A DNA stretch of 64,000 bases from the human T2T-CHM13v2.0 reference genome, Homo sapiens. The stretch lies in the NCBI RefSeq assembly GCF_009914755.1, contig NC_060945.1; one strand, written 5' to 3'. How positions within the stretch are numbered: the stretch's first letter is position 1; every line of letters begins with the position of its first letter. The translations under genes were made by a program, and so were the position numbers. Shown piece by piece: positions 1 to 13,865 of the stretch. The notes under the pieces were generated by a model that saw nothing but the letters and a program-made list of their open reading frames with translations, had not been told where the DNA came from and made no database searches.

Positions 1-304
1 GTGCTAAGCCCCTCACTGCCTGGGGCTGGCAGGGCCAGCTGGCCGCTCCAAGTGCGGGGCCACCAAGCCCACGCCCACCCGGAACTCGCGTTGGCCCGGA
101 AGCACCGCGGGCAGCCTCGGTTCCTGCCCACTCCCCGCAAGATAAGGGAGCCGGCTCCGGCATTGGCCTGCTGAGAAAGGGGCTCCCACAGTGCAGCGGT
201 GAGCTGAAGGGCTCCTCAAGCGCGGCCAGAGTGGGCCCCAAGGCTGAGGAGGCACCAAGAGTGAGCGAGGGCTGTGAGGGCTGCCAGCATGCTGTCACCT
301 CTCA
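1..304 (-). mobile_element. LTR12-family (ERV9) LTR, 5' end; continues beyond window
   Basis: Reverse complement starts TGAGAGGTGACAGCATGCTGGCAGCCCTCACAGCCCTCGCTCACTC, the characteristic LTR12 start; GC-rich. Confidence 0.9.
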
Positions 305-1539
305 CTCATGAGACTGAAGCTGTGTCTCAACTGAAGCTTGACTGGGAAGGATGCACTTCTGAGCTCAATCTGGTTAGTTGTGCATTATTGTTTTGACTCA
401 GTTCTTAGTTTCTTTCTGTCTTTGGTCAGGGCACTCTCTCCATTCTCTGTCACACAAGCCTGTAAAAATGAAAGCTTAAAACACTGAAGCTCGCTTCTCC
501 AGAGCAAAGTATGCGACAGACAGAGAGAAAGACAGGAAAAAAGGAAGTAAACAATATCACAAGAGAGAGAAAGTAAGAAGCAAGTGACAATCTTTTCATA
601 ATCAAATATTGGAAGTGACATTCCCTATTTTCCAATGTATTCTACTGCCATGAAGTGAGTCACTAACCACTTACTGTTTACATTTGGGTGTGTATAGTTG
701 GAAATAAAAATTATTATGAGCCATCATGAAGGCTGTGCACTATGTATGCCAAGGTGAGACAAATGGGCCTGATTCTAAATATAACGAGAAGGTACTACAA
801 TGTGTGTTGTTGTTATTGTTGTTGTTCTGGCCAAAGAATAACAACATCTAAATTTTATTCAATTTCAATGTTTTCATGGTGGAGTTTGAAAAATAAATTC
901 AAGAGGGGACATGACTTTCTCAAGATTCAAGTTATAAAACCCAGGCATGTTTGAGAGATATTCAAGCAATGTCCCATCCCTTGTAGTTTCTTTCTCTAAG
1001 TTTATGCAGTAGCTGTGTTTAATATCAAACCCAACAGTCATGCGTATCATTTTATACATATCTCATGAGATCCCTTGCAGCTGGATGCCACCATAATCCC
1101 CACTGTGCAGGCTGTGAGACTATGGAGCCCCTGAGAGGCACAATGACATACTTGGCATCACAGAATTAATACATTAAACATAAAGACTTTAACTCAGCTT
1201 GTATCCTCAAACTTGCGGCTCTGGCTGCATTCCATTTCCTCCGGGACTGGTGCAGGAGGTGCTGTATTTGCATAATTGTGCACAAGTAATCAGATGACTT
1301 GGGAGAGAATGGTGAGCAGTCAGCAGTGCAGAAAAGCCTTTGAGTAGGTCTTATTGAAGGAAGATAGGTCTTATTGAAAGAAGAATAATACCTTCAAGAA
1401 GTGACCTCATTTCTTTGGTGAAAGGCCCTAACAGTACTAAGTATTCTGGTAACCAAAAACTCACATTCTAAAGACAGTCGACCATACAGCACTGTTGGCC
1501 AGAATCTCTCAAGAGAGAAAGATGTTCTGCTGTATAACA

Positions 1540-1803
1540 ACTTTCTGAGGCTCTTTCTTTGAGGTTCTGTTCCTCACAAGTAGCACCTTCTAGCTATGTC
1601 TTCACACGACAGAAGGGGCATGAATATTCCTTTCAACCTCCGTCACACGGGCACTATTATTTTCTCGTTAACATGCAGCCCTCCTGACTTAATAACTTTC
1701 TCAAAGTTCCAATAACTAATAGTATCACACTGAATCCACGTGTGGATTAAGTTTTTAAATATGAATGTGGAGAGTGAGGAACACAAATATCCAGACCATA
1801 GCA
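1540..1803 (-). mobile_element. MaLR (MLT1/MST-like) LTR fragment
   Basis: Reverse complement begins TGCTATGGTCTGGATATTTGTG, typical of MLT1A/MST LTR starts; left boundary approximate. Confidence 0.5.
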
Positions 1804-1906
1804 AAAAGTTAATAAGCAATAACAATTGCAGTGGACAGTATTATTAATGCTTGGGATATGGGAATTTGATGTTTCTATCACAAAGGTTAAACAATGGTTT
1901 ATCCTT

Positions 1907-2210
1907 GGCCGGGCATGATGGCTCAAGCCTGTAATCCAAGCACTTTGGGATGTCAAGGCAGGCGGATCACAAGGTCAGGAGATCGAGACCATCCTGGCTA
2001 ATACGGTGAAACCCCGTCTCTAGTAAAAGTCCAAAAACATTGCTGGGTGTGGTGGCGGGCGCCTGTAGTCCCCGCTACTAGGGAAGCTGAGGCAGGAAAA
2101 AGGTGTGAACCCAGGAGGTGGAGCTTTCAGTGAGCTGAGATCACACCAGTGCACTACAGCCTCGGAGACACAGCAAGACTCCATCAAAAAAATAAAATTA
2201 AATTAAAACA
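1907..2210 (+). mobile_element. Alu (AluY/Sc-like), full length
   Basis: GGCCGGGCATGATGGCTC...GGATCACAAGGTCAGGAGATCGAGACCATCCTGGCTAA, two arms and an A-rich tail. Confidence 0.95.
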
Positions 2211-3281
2211 TATAACAAAATTAAGGTCCAATTAAAGGTAAATATATATAGCAAAAAAAAAATTCAAGCTCTGATAAGGTTAATTGTAACAGATTGTGCC
2301 AGAATTTTGAGATTTCTGGGGATGGACAGAGCCCAAGAGTTTCCTTCTATAACAATTTCTGTGAAGTTTCTTACACTCTTATTCAATTTGAACGTGGATA
2401 AATGGGTTTTCTCTGTTTTGTTATTTAAGAGATTCATGATAAGGAAGGCCTATTTATGCATGATTCTTAAACAATTATTGAGTCAGTGGTGTCTGCTGAG
2501 GAAGGGCACAGAATCTCATGCCCACAGAAGCATGATGTTCTGTCAGATAGGAGACTTCTCCCAGAGCCAGAACTTCATCTTTCAAATGGAATTAGAGATT
2601 TTCACAGGCATACATTGCTCTGAAGCCCTATCAGAGGCTTAGCACTGAGAATATGACCAAAGAAGGTGACTAATAAACATATGACCTAGTACTCTGATCT
2701 ACAGTGATTCTACCCTCTCAAATAGCTCTTCCCTGGCTCTGGAATCTTTTCTGGATTCATCTACCAGAAACAGATACACTGAAAGATTGAGAAGAAGCTT
2801 TTATTCTCACTGTGAGTCTTGCCCTGTCTCACCATCTTCTCTAGAAGTGCAATGTTCTAACTATTCCTGAGAGACTTCATCTCAGGTAGCTCTCTCTGAC
2901 AACATAATTGAGAAGAGAAACGAGCAAGACTCAGATTATTTTGAAGGCTTGTCTAGGGTTCTTACATGATTTATGTCTCCAATTTATGTCAATATTGACA
3001 AATATAGATTCATCTCTAGATGGTAGAAAAACAGAAGGAGGAGCCTCTGCTCACAGAGAAAATAAAAGATGAATTCAATGTTTTGTAGAGCCAGCTTATT
3101 TTAAACCATGGGGCATTTAATCTTTTTAGAAAAAAACAAAAGCAATAGGGTTTTTTGTTTTTGTTTTTGCTTTTGCTTTTGTGTTTTCGTTTTGGTTTTT
3201 TTTTTTTGTTTGTTTTTTCCCTGAAGCAACTCAACTGTGGCCTCAGACAACTGGGCACTGAGAACGCATGCTCCTCACTAG

Positions 3282-3610
<329 letters not shown>

Positions 3611-3965
3611 AAAGGATTCTTAAGGGTGATATGGGGGATGGAATGGAAAAAATAAACTTAGTCTTTGCACTTCCACCTGGTCTAACTAACCCTACTCTCA
3701 TCCTATCCCAAAATTATTGCCAGACTTTTCTGGAGTGTGCCAGGGGCAATTCAGAAGGAAAAGAGGTTATTCATGCCTATCCATTTCCCATAGCTCCTGA
3801 GATCTAAGTCGTTCACTCCCCTGGTTTCAGGTTGTTGCTCCCCTTCTATATCCTCAGAATTAATGTGATCCATTCCAATACTTATAATTGTACCTTTATC
3901 TGATCCCCTCCTATTTTGCTGTAGACATTTTATGTAGTAGATCCAGTTGTAATAGAGACAAGAAT

Positions 3966-4535
3966 GTTTATATACACCATAATCAGAACTAAATTGGAGT
4001 TCCATAACCCCTTTTTTGACTGGGCTGCTACTCAGAAATCATACAAACCAGGCTGCCTGGAGGTTGCAGTTAGGAGAAATCACATCTTGCCCAGGAATGT
4101 CAGTGTGGAAACTCAGATTTGGAAAATAGATTCCTATAGCCCCAATCATTTTGCAACACTTCTGCAGAGTTAAAAGAAAGCCAGTATCTAACAGAAAATC
4201 TTGAGCTTGCAGAATAACAGAAAAGAAAAAAAAAACAAAAACACAACTTGCCAAAACACTGAAACTCCCTCTACTTATGAAATAAACAAACTGGCTTAAA
4301 TTGGTGGAATCATTATGGCCAAATGGTGTTTTGGCAGAATCACCTTGCTGAGGTCACCGTCTGAATTTTCACTGCCTGTTTCATCACAACTCCCCTTCAG
4401 TTTGCCTATGACATCCATGAGGAGGCAATGAGCTTGAGAGTAACGTTTCAGTATAAAATTGCTTTCTCTTAAAAACCTGATGTCATAGTATTGGCTTCTA
4501 GCACTTCAAGAAGTGAGCTCCTTTTACTCAATAAC
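3966..4535 (+). mobile_element. Old ERV1-class solo LTR (MER34/MER39-like)
   Basis: TG...AATAACA termini and an LTR-like 3' end; family assignment weak. Confidence 0.3.
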
Positions 4536-6179
4536 AATGTTATCTATATCTTAGAGACAGTCAACAGGAGATAATCTCTTCTGGGACCAAAGAAGGTGAC
4601 TAATAAACCATTTAATCAACACATTACCTAACCAAAAGCTGTGGACCCTGATGAGGAAAATAAGTTAAAATGAGACTATTGGCTCATTTTAATAGATATG
4701 GTGATAAAAGCAAAAAAAAAAAAAAAGAGAGAGAATTTAAGCGGTCTCAAATACCTAAAAGATGACATGGATTAGCTTCAAGTAACACATAATGTGGCTG
4801 GAGTCAGCTGATCTTTATGCTGAAAGTGTCAACAGTAGTGACAAATACTTCAAGTAACGGGTCAAAAGTCTAAGACAGTCATTCTGCCAGAAATGGTCTG
4901 GGACTTCCCCATACATGGGACACGTAGATCAACTTTCTCCAAGAACCACCAACCTGGCATGCAGTGATGACCTCTGCAGTAGACAGGGATTTAGGCTTGA
5001 TTGTTGTTCATCTCTTTGGAGACATAACCCTAATTGTGAACTTCTAAATTAATGGCCTGACAATTAGATCAGCAGCTAAGATAAATTTCAGTTTGCAGCC
5101 CCAAAGAAGATGTTCTTAATTAGACAGTTAATCATTTTCAATATGGAAGCCTAAACACGTAGAATGTGGCAATAACCCGGAACTCTCAGTTCTGACAATT
5201 GAGTGAAGTAATCACCCCAGATTCAGGTTCTTCATTGGCTGACAATGAGATCAAACACCCACACCAGCCCAGTGAACACCATGAGGTGTCATCTTCCCTG
5301 GCCCATTAGTGAACCAGGAACAGATATTTAGAAAATATTCAGTAAATTGGGGAGTCCCACAGAGTCAGAAAGTTTGCTTGAGATAGTGGAGGGTGGCATA
5401 AAATTTCTACCGAATATGAATTTTAATTTTTACTTTAGTGCCGTTTCTATTTTAGTCTAATTTCCTTCTAGAATATGTTATTTCTATTTACCAAGTGGCC
5501 TCCTGTGGTCTTTTTCATAGAGTTCAAATCGACCCATCTAAAAACAGAAAGATCAAGCTAACGACCTCCCTCAGGGGTCAGAATTCAGTTTCACAGCTCT
5601 GTAGCAAGCTCATTGTTGACTTACAAATTAGTGTAACCAATAGTAACGTCATGGTGACCATAACTCCAACATCCCAAAAAGTACCTCAAGTTAGAGGCTG
5701 ACTTCATTTATCAGAGGATTCAAATGGCAAAATCAAGCTTTACTAGATCACTGGATTACTGGAAGAAGTGAGCAATGCGAATCTGCAATATAGTTTCACT
5801 AAACTTTAATAGGACAGCAAGACTGTAGATATTTTAGCCCTCTCAAAATATGAATCTTCTGATCCTTTCATCTAGAATCTCTATGTGTGCCATAAAGTCC
5901 TAACTCTGCTTGTGCCTATACTTTCTGTTCATGCAGAGATTAAAAGACAAACAGGTGGGAGCTTAGTGTTTTAGCGTTTTTCCTGAGAATCTGTCTAGCC
6001 TAGAGCATCCCCATTTTTTTCTAGATTCCAAGGAGTACTATCACTATCCTAATTCTCAGTGTCTTGTTTCCAAGTATTTCCTCCTACGATTGTCAGCGTG
6101 ACTACCTTTTTACCCCACTGATAGTGTTTGCTCCAGGTGAACTGGGTAGTTCATTTTTATTTAAATGCTTCCATAAGCG

Positions 6180-6865
6180 TTAAGCTATTAATTTAAGATT
6201 TCTTTGTTTTTTATAAAGTAATTCTGCTGTTTCCCTCAGAGCTCAACTTTCACTAAGTCTCATAAATTTTATTATGTTTTGTCTAAATGTCTATTTATGT
6301 TAAAATATTCTCTGACACTATTTGTACATTTTTTATTCATTAATTATTTAAGATTGTGTCATTTAATGCACACATGTTTGCATTTCCCAAATTTCTTGCT
6401 TTTTTGGTCTCTAATTTTCTCTTTTGTGATTAGAAAACATTCATTTTATTATTTCAATCTTTCAATTTTATTGATTTTTTTTATGATGCAGCATATTCTC
6501 CATTCTAGAGAATGTTCTATGTGCATTTGGGAAGAATATATATTCTGATTTGGGGTGAAGAGTTCTCCATATATCTCTAGTTTTATTTGGTTTATGTTAT
6601 TCATGTCTTCTATTTCCTTGTTTCTCTTATGTCTAGTTCTTCTACCCAATAGTGTAAGTGGGGAAGTGAAGCTTGCAATTTTTATTGTTGAAACTATCGT
6701 TGCAACTATTTCTGCCTTTATTTCTATCAGTTTTGCTTTATGTACTTCTGTGAACTTTTGTCACATTCATATATGTTAATTTATTTTCCTCATGAATTTA
6801 TCCTTCTAATTATAATCTATCTTCATCTCTAGTAATAGTATTTGTTGTCTTAAAGTATATCCTAA
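6180..6865 (-). mobile_element. Old L1M fragment (ORF2 endonuclease region)
   Basis: ORF 6449-6649 (NKEIEDMNNINQIKLEIYGELFTP...) resembles L1 EN; T-rich on the + strand. Confidence 0.65.
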
Positions 6866-8680
6866 TTTTTTGATTTTTGGTTTTTCTGGGTGCATAGTAG
6901 GTGTATACCTTTATGAAGTATATAGAATATTTTGATACCGTCATACAATGTGTAATAATTACATCAGAGTCAATGGGGTATTCATCACATGCAGTATTAC
7001 TATTGGATTTCAAATAACCAAATTATACAATTTCTGTTATTTTAAAATGTACACTTAAATTATTCTTAACTAGAGTCACCTTGTGCTGTCAAATGCTAGA
7101 ACTGATTCATTCTTTCTAACTATATTTTTATACCCATTAACCATTCCCACCTCCCCGCCCTCAACCTTCTACTACTTCTCTCAGCCTCTGGAGACCATCA
7201 TTCTACTCTTTATCTCCATTAATTCTTTGGTTTTAATTTTTAGCTTTAACAAATAAGTGAGAACGTGTGAAGTTTGTCTTTCTATACCTGGCTTATTTCA
7301 CTTAATAAAATGACCTTCAGTTTAACCCATGTTTTTACAAATGACTGAATCTCATTCATTTTTATGTCTGAATAGTACTACATTGTGTATATGTACCACT
7401 TTTTTGTTTATTCATCTGTCGATAAACACCAATGTTACTTCCAAATCTTGGCTATTGTGAATAGTGTTGCAGTAAACACAGGAGTACAGCTATCACTTCA
7501 ATACACAGATTTTTCTCTCTTTTGGATATATACCTAACAGTGAAATTGCTGGATTGTACAGAAGCTCTATTTTTAGTTTTCTGATGAATCTTCAAGCTGT
7601 TCTCCATAGTGGTTCCACCAACTTACATTCCCACCAACAGCATATGAGGGTTCCCTTTTCTCCGCATGCTTGTCAGCATTTGTTATTGCCTTTTAGCTAA
7701 AACCCACTTTAACTGGGGTGAGGTAATAGCTCATTGTAATTTTGATTTGCATTTCTCTGATGATTCATGATGTTGATCATCTTTTCATATACCTATTTGC
7801 CATTTGCGTGTCTTTATTGGAGTAATGTCTGTTTACATATTTTGCCTATTTTTTAAAATAGGATTATTAGATTTTATTTTCTATAGAGTTATTTGAGCGC
7901 CTTCTATGTTTTGGTTACAAATCCATTTTCAGATAGGTAGTTTGAAAATATTTTCTTTCATTCTGTGGGTTGTTTTCTCACTTTGTTGATTCTTTTCTGT
8001 GCCATGCAAAATTTTATAACTTGGTGTGATACCAATTTTCCATTTTGCTTTGGTTGCCTGTGCTTGTGAGGTGTTACTCAAGAAATCTTTGCTTAATCCA
8101 AGGTTTTTTAGAATTTCCCCAATGTTTTCTTTCAGAAGTTTCATAGTTTGCAGTTTTACATTTAAATATTTAATCCATTTTGATTTAGTTTTTGCACATG
8201 GCAAAAGATAGAGGTCTAGTTTTATTCCTCTGCATATGGATATCCAGATTTACCATCACTGTTTATTGAAGAGACTGAGTTTTTATTCTTAATATATTTT
8301 CTTGGTGCCTATGTAAAAAATGAGTTCACTGTAGATGGATGGTTTGGTTCTGGGTTCTCTATTCTGCTCCATTTTCCTGTGTGTCTGTTTTTATGCCAGT
8401 ACTATGCTGTTTTGGTTACTACACATCGGTAGTATAATTTTGTGTAATGTAATAATGTATGCTATGTAATGGGATTCCTCCAGTTTTATTCTTTTTGCTC
8501 AGGATAGCTTTAGCTATTCTAGGTCTTTTGTGATTATATATAAATTTAAGATTTTTTAGAGCTGTTGTATTTATTTGTGTGAGGAATGTCAATGGTATTT
8601 TTACAGAAATTGCGTTGAATCTGTAGCTTGCTTTGTGTAGCATGGACATTTTAATATTGATTCTTCCAATCCATAAACAC
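6866..8680 (-). mobile_element. L1MA-type 3' portion (3'UTR and ORF2 C-terminus)
   Basis: GGGTGCATAGTAGGTGTATA...CATACAATGTGTAATAATTACATCAG matches an L1MA1-3 3' end; ORFs 7929-8204 and 8419-8706 are degenerate ORF2. Confidence 0.85.
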
Positions 8681-8694
8681 AGAACACTGACTAA

Positions 8695-11600
8695 TACAAT
8701 CTGCAAATGGGTAGTTTGACTTCCTCTCCTCTTATTTGAATGCCTTTATTTTTTTCTCTTGTCTGATTGCTCTGGCCAGGATTTTCAATACTATGTTGAA
8801 CAGGGCTGGTAAGAGAGGGCATCTTTGTCTTGTGCCAGTTTCCAAGAAAAATGCTTCCAGTTTCACCCATTCAGTATAAAGTTGGCTGTGGGTTTGTCAT
8901 AGATGACTTTTATTATTTCAAAGCATGTTTCCTCAATACCTAGTATATGGAGAGTTTTAACATAAAGTGGTTTTGAATTTTAATGAAAGCTCTTTCTGCA
9001 TCTATTACAATAATCATGAGGTTTTTGTCTTTCGTTCTGTTTGTATTATGAATCACATTTATTGATTTGCATATGTTGAACCAACCTTGCATCCCAGGGA
9101 AAAAGCCTACTTGATTGTGGTGGATAGGCTTTTTGGTGTGCTGCTGGATTTGGTTTGCCAGTATTTTATGGAGAATTTTTGCATCAATATTCATCAAAGA
9201 TATGAAATTTTTCTTTCTTTTGCTTTTCTTCCAGGTTTTGATATCAGAAGGGTGCTGGCCTCATAGGATGAGTGAGGAAGATGATCCTCCTCAAATTTTT
9301 GGGAGTTTCAGTAGGAATGATACCAAATTCTTCTTTGCATATCCAGTAGAATTTGGCTGGGAATTCGTCTTTTCCTGGGCTTTTTAAAATTGATAGTCTA
9401 TTTATTACAGATTCAATTTTGGAGCATGTTATTGGTCTGTTCAGGGATTCAATTTCTTCCTGGTTCAGTCTTGGAAAGGTGTACATGTCCAGGAATTTAT
9501 CTATTTGTTCTAGGTGTTGTAGTTTTTTTGCATAAAGGTGTTCATCATATTCTCCGATGTTTATTTCTATTTCTGAGGAGCCAGTGGTAATATCCCGTTT
9601 GTTGTTTCTGATTGTCTTTGTTTGGATCTTCTCTCTTTTCCTCTATATTAGTCTAGCTAGTAGTCCACATTTAAAACAAAACCTACTCCTGGATTCATTA
9701 ATCTTTTAGTTTTTTTGTGTGTGTCCTAATCTCAGTTTATCTCTGATTTTGGTTATTTCTGTCTTCTTCCAGCTTTGGGGTTGGATAGCTCTTCATTCTC
9801 TAGATGTTTTAGTTGTGATATTGAGTGGTTAAATTGAGATCTTTGTTACTTTTTGTGGTGGGTGTTCAGCAACATCAGTTTTTTTCTCAACACTGATTTA
9901 GTTGCATCTCAGGGATTCTGGTAGGTTGTGTCTTTGTTCTCATTACTTTCAAATAACTTTTTGATTGATGCCTTAATTTCATTATTCACACAAAAGTCAT
10001 TCAGGAGTGAGTTATTTAATTTTTATGTAATCATATGGTATTGAGTATTGGTTTTCTCAACTTTTACCTCCAATTTTACTGTACTCTGGTCTCGGAGAGT
10101 GGTTGTCATAATTTGAATTCTTTTATAATTTCTGAGAACAGTTTTATGTCGATTAAGTGGTTGATTTTAGAGTATGTGCCATGTGGCAATGAGAACGTAT
10201 ATGTTGTTGTTTTTGGTGGAGAGTTCTGAAAGTGTCTGTTACATCCATTTGATCCAGTGCTGCATTCAGATCTTGAATATCTTGTTAATTTTCTGCCTTA
10301 ATAATCTAATATTGTCAATGGGTTGTTGAAGTTTTTCACTATAATTGTGTAGGAATCTAAGTCTTTTTAAAGACCTCTAAGAACTTGCTTTATGAATTTG
10401 GGTGTTCCTGTGTTGGGTGTGTATATATTTAAAATGTATATATTTAAATATGAATACATATATTCTTGTTGAATTTAACCCTTTAGCATTTTGTAATGCC
10501 TTTTTGCCTTTTTAAATCTTTGTTGTTTTAAAGTCTGTTTGTCTAAACTTAGGGTTGCAACCCATTCTTTCTGCTGTTTTCCATTTGCTTGGTAGATTTT
10601 TATCCCGTCATTTTCAGCCTATGAAACTGATTGCATGTGAAATGAGTCTTGATGACAGCATATCATTGGTTCTTTGTTCTTTATCCAGTTTCCCACTGTT
10701 TGCCTTTTAATTGGAACATTCAGCCCATTTACATTCATAGTTAGTGTTGATATGTGTGCATTTGATGCTGCCATTATAATGGTAGCTGCTTATTATGCAG
10801 ACTTGTTTGTGCGCAACTGGTCTGTATACCTCAGTGTGTTTTTTTAGTGGCTAATAAAGGTTTTTTTCACCTATATTTAGTTCTTCCTTCAGGAGCTCTT
10901 GTAAGGCATGTCTTGTAGTAATGAATTTCCTCAGCATTTGCCTGTTTAAAAAGAACTTTATTTCTCCTTTACTTATGAAGCTTAGTTTGGCCAAATACGA
11001 GATTGTTGATTGGAATTTATTTTCTTCAAGGAGGTTAAATATTGGTATTGGTCTCTTCTGGCTTGTAGGATTTCTGCTAAAAGGTGTACTTTTACACTGA
11101 TAATCTTTCCTTTGTGGTTGACCTCCCTTTCCTCTCTAGCTGCATTTGTCATTTTTTCTTTTATTTCATGCTTGAACAATCTGATAACTATGTGTTTTGG
11201 TGATTATTATATTGTGAAGTATCTTACTGGAGTTTTCTGCATTTCCTAAATTTGAATGCTGGCCTCTCTAGCCAGCATTCCCCAGGTTGGGGAAGTTCTC
11301 ATGAATGATATCCTAAAATATGTTTTTCAAATGGCTTCCATTCTCCCCACCTGTTTCATGAACACCAGTGGGTCATACCTTTGGTCTCTTTACATAATCT
11401 TATATTTTTCAGAGGCTTGGGGGTTTTTATTACTCTTTTTTATTTCTGTCTGTATGTCTGACTTCACATAAACAGTCTTCAAACTTTGAGATTCTTTCTT
11501 AGCTTTGTCTATTCTACTATTAATAGTTGTGAATTTCTTATAAAAAAATTTAGTGTGATATTTTTAGCTCTCTCAGGTTAGTTATGCTCTTAATACTGGC

Positions 11601-13008
11601 TCTTTTGTCTCTCAGCTCCTGTATCATTTCATTATGATTCTTAACGTTTTTGAATTGAGTTTCAAGTTACTTCTGCATTTTAATGATCTTTATTTCTATT
11701 CATATTCTGAATTTGATTTCTGTAATTTTAGCTATCTTGGACTGATTTATAAACTTACTGGAGAGGTAGTGTGGCCATTTGAAGGAAAAGAGGAACTCAG
11801 GTTTTTTGAGTTGTCAGAGGTTTTGTGCTTGTTCTTTCTTATCTTTCTGGGGTGATATTTCTTTAATATTTGAAGTTGTCAACTTTTGGATTTTTCCTTT
11901 TATTCTGCTTGATGACCTTAAGGGTTTAATTGTGTTATAAGGTTGTCTCAGTCGAGTGGTTTTGTGTGTATTCATGTAGGCGAAGGTGGCTGCTCAGGGC
12001 TGAGGAGAGTATGCTGTTTTTTGTGCTTAGTTGTACTCAAATGACAGTGTTGACAAAGGAGGACGGTGCTGGTGTTGTGGGGCTGATGGTCTCTGTTTCC
12101 CCCAAGATTCTGTCTGCAGTGGTGGTATAGCAGGAGAGGGGGCCTGGAGTACACTCCTACCAACAGCAGTGCCAGGGCAGAATGCATATGCACATGTGCA
12201 CTGACAGGGCAGGGAAAGCAAGATCCTTCCATGCACACACACACACACACACACACACCAGCATAGTGATGTGTGGGGTGGCAATGGGCCTTGGGGGGAA
12301 GCTGCAGTGAGGAGAGAGAGCAGGCAGGCTGATGCCTGGATGGGGTCACCCCACTGGAGCTGTCTACTAGTCAGACATGATCTGCCAGTTCAGGATCTAT
12401 GATGCAGGCCCCCAGGGTACTCAAGGCTGCACTGCAAGCATGCAGGGCCGAATTGGGGTCGCAGGAGAGGCCAGCACACCAACGCAAGCTCAGGTCAAAA
12501 CAGCCCCATCTGATGGGCCACCACCCTGCAGACTTTTTCTCCAAAATTTCCCCTAGGGCTAACGTCTCTTATGGGAGCAAGTTAAGCTTATTGGTGTGGG
12601 CATCCCTGGACATGCTTCACTACACATGTTCCCACAATAAACCCTCTTGGCTGTGCACTGGCTGGTGCGCTGCCCCTGTCACTTCTCTAAGCAGCTCTTC
12701 CTTTCAACTCATTTTCCATGATGGTCAGAGGGTCTCTGCCAGTGGGATTCCAGAGGCCAGTCAGGAAAGCAGGTAGCTCCTTGCCACTTAAACTCACCTG
12801 TTTTTCTCAGAGTCACTGGGGGCCAGAAATCAGTTCCACTGTGCTTTAGCCCTGTGCAGGGTTCCCAGCTTCTGAATCTTAAGTTCAGATGTTGTGTCTT
12901 TCCTCCTTCCACTATCAGTACCTGCCCTCGGTTAAGAGTGTGCCAGTCATCCTGGTCCCTTGGTGTCAGCTGTTCCACCTTGGCTTGTCTATTCAGCCAT
13001 CTTGCTCA
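8695..13008 (-). mobile_element. L1 (old L1PA/L1PB-type) 5'UTR, ORF1 and partial ORF2
   Basis: ORF 8940-9197 ([19 protein letters not shown]...[17 protein letters not shown]) is RT; ORF1 remnant at 10982-11179; 5' end reads GAGCAAGATGGCTGAATAGAC on the minus strand. Confidence 0.88.
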
Positions 13009-13009
13009 A

Positions 13010-13865
13010 ATACACAAAGTCTTATAAATCAATAATAAATAGACAATTGACTACTTGAAAAATGTGCAAGGAATTTGAATTAAAAATTTCTACAGATAAG
13101 AAGCAAAATTTGTCATTAAATTTAAAATATGTGACATTATTAGTTTAGAGAAATGCAAATCAAAAGCTCAATGACATACTTAGTAGAAGACCTGTAAAAG
13201 GCAATAAAAAAGGTTGCCAAAGATATCAAAAATATGAAAGCCTCACACATTGTATGTGGGAGTGTAAAAAACAACCGATTTAAAGAACAATTTGGCAATT
13301 ATTCAAAATGCTATAAATAGTATCACCATATGACTGAGACATTTTACTCTGTTACGTACTCAAAAGAAATGAAAACCTATGACTACACAAAGAATCAGAT
13401 GTAAATGATCAAAGCAGCAGTATTTGTAATAGCCCAAAGGGGATAAAACCAAAATATCCATCAAATAATAACAGAAAAAATAACGTGTGGTGTGTCCATA
13501 CAATAAAATACTATGTGCCAAACAAAGAAAATGAAGTAATAATACCTGCTATGTCAGGAAAAAACCTCAAAATCACTAAAGTAAGTAAAATAAACCAAAT
13601 GCAAAAGGGCAGATAATTTATGATTTCACTTAAAATAACTTTTAATAAAAGGCTTATATATAAAAACAGGCTAATGATTGCCTATGACCAGGGTAATGAA
13701 ATCAGTAAGTACAAAAGAGATTAATTTCTTTTTCCATAGTGATAAGGTTATTTCAAAATTAGATTGCGGTTATGGGTGTCTGTAAATACACTTTAAAAAC
13801 TTGGAATTGTACACTTAAAACATGTGATGGTTTTGTTATAAAATTATATCCCTCTAAAATGTTTC
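13010..13865 (+). mobile_element. Old L1M (L1MC/ME-like) 3' end
   Basis: AGAAATGCAAATCAAAA, GTATTTGTAATAGCCCAAA and AATTGTACACTTAAAA motifs. Confidence 0.7.

Noticed and set aside
1345-1384. 20-bp tandem duplication TAGGTCTTATTGAA(G/A)GAAGA
   Set aside because: Ordinary slippage duplication with no evident function.
1733-1748. Short inverted repeat AATCCAC-GT-GTGGATT
   Set aside because: A 7-bp stem is expected by chance in 64 kb and lies inside an old LTR.
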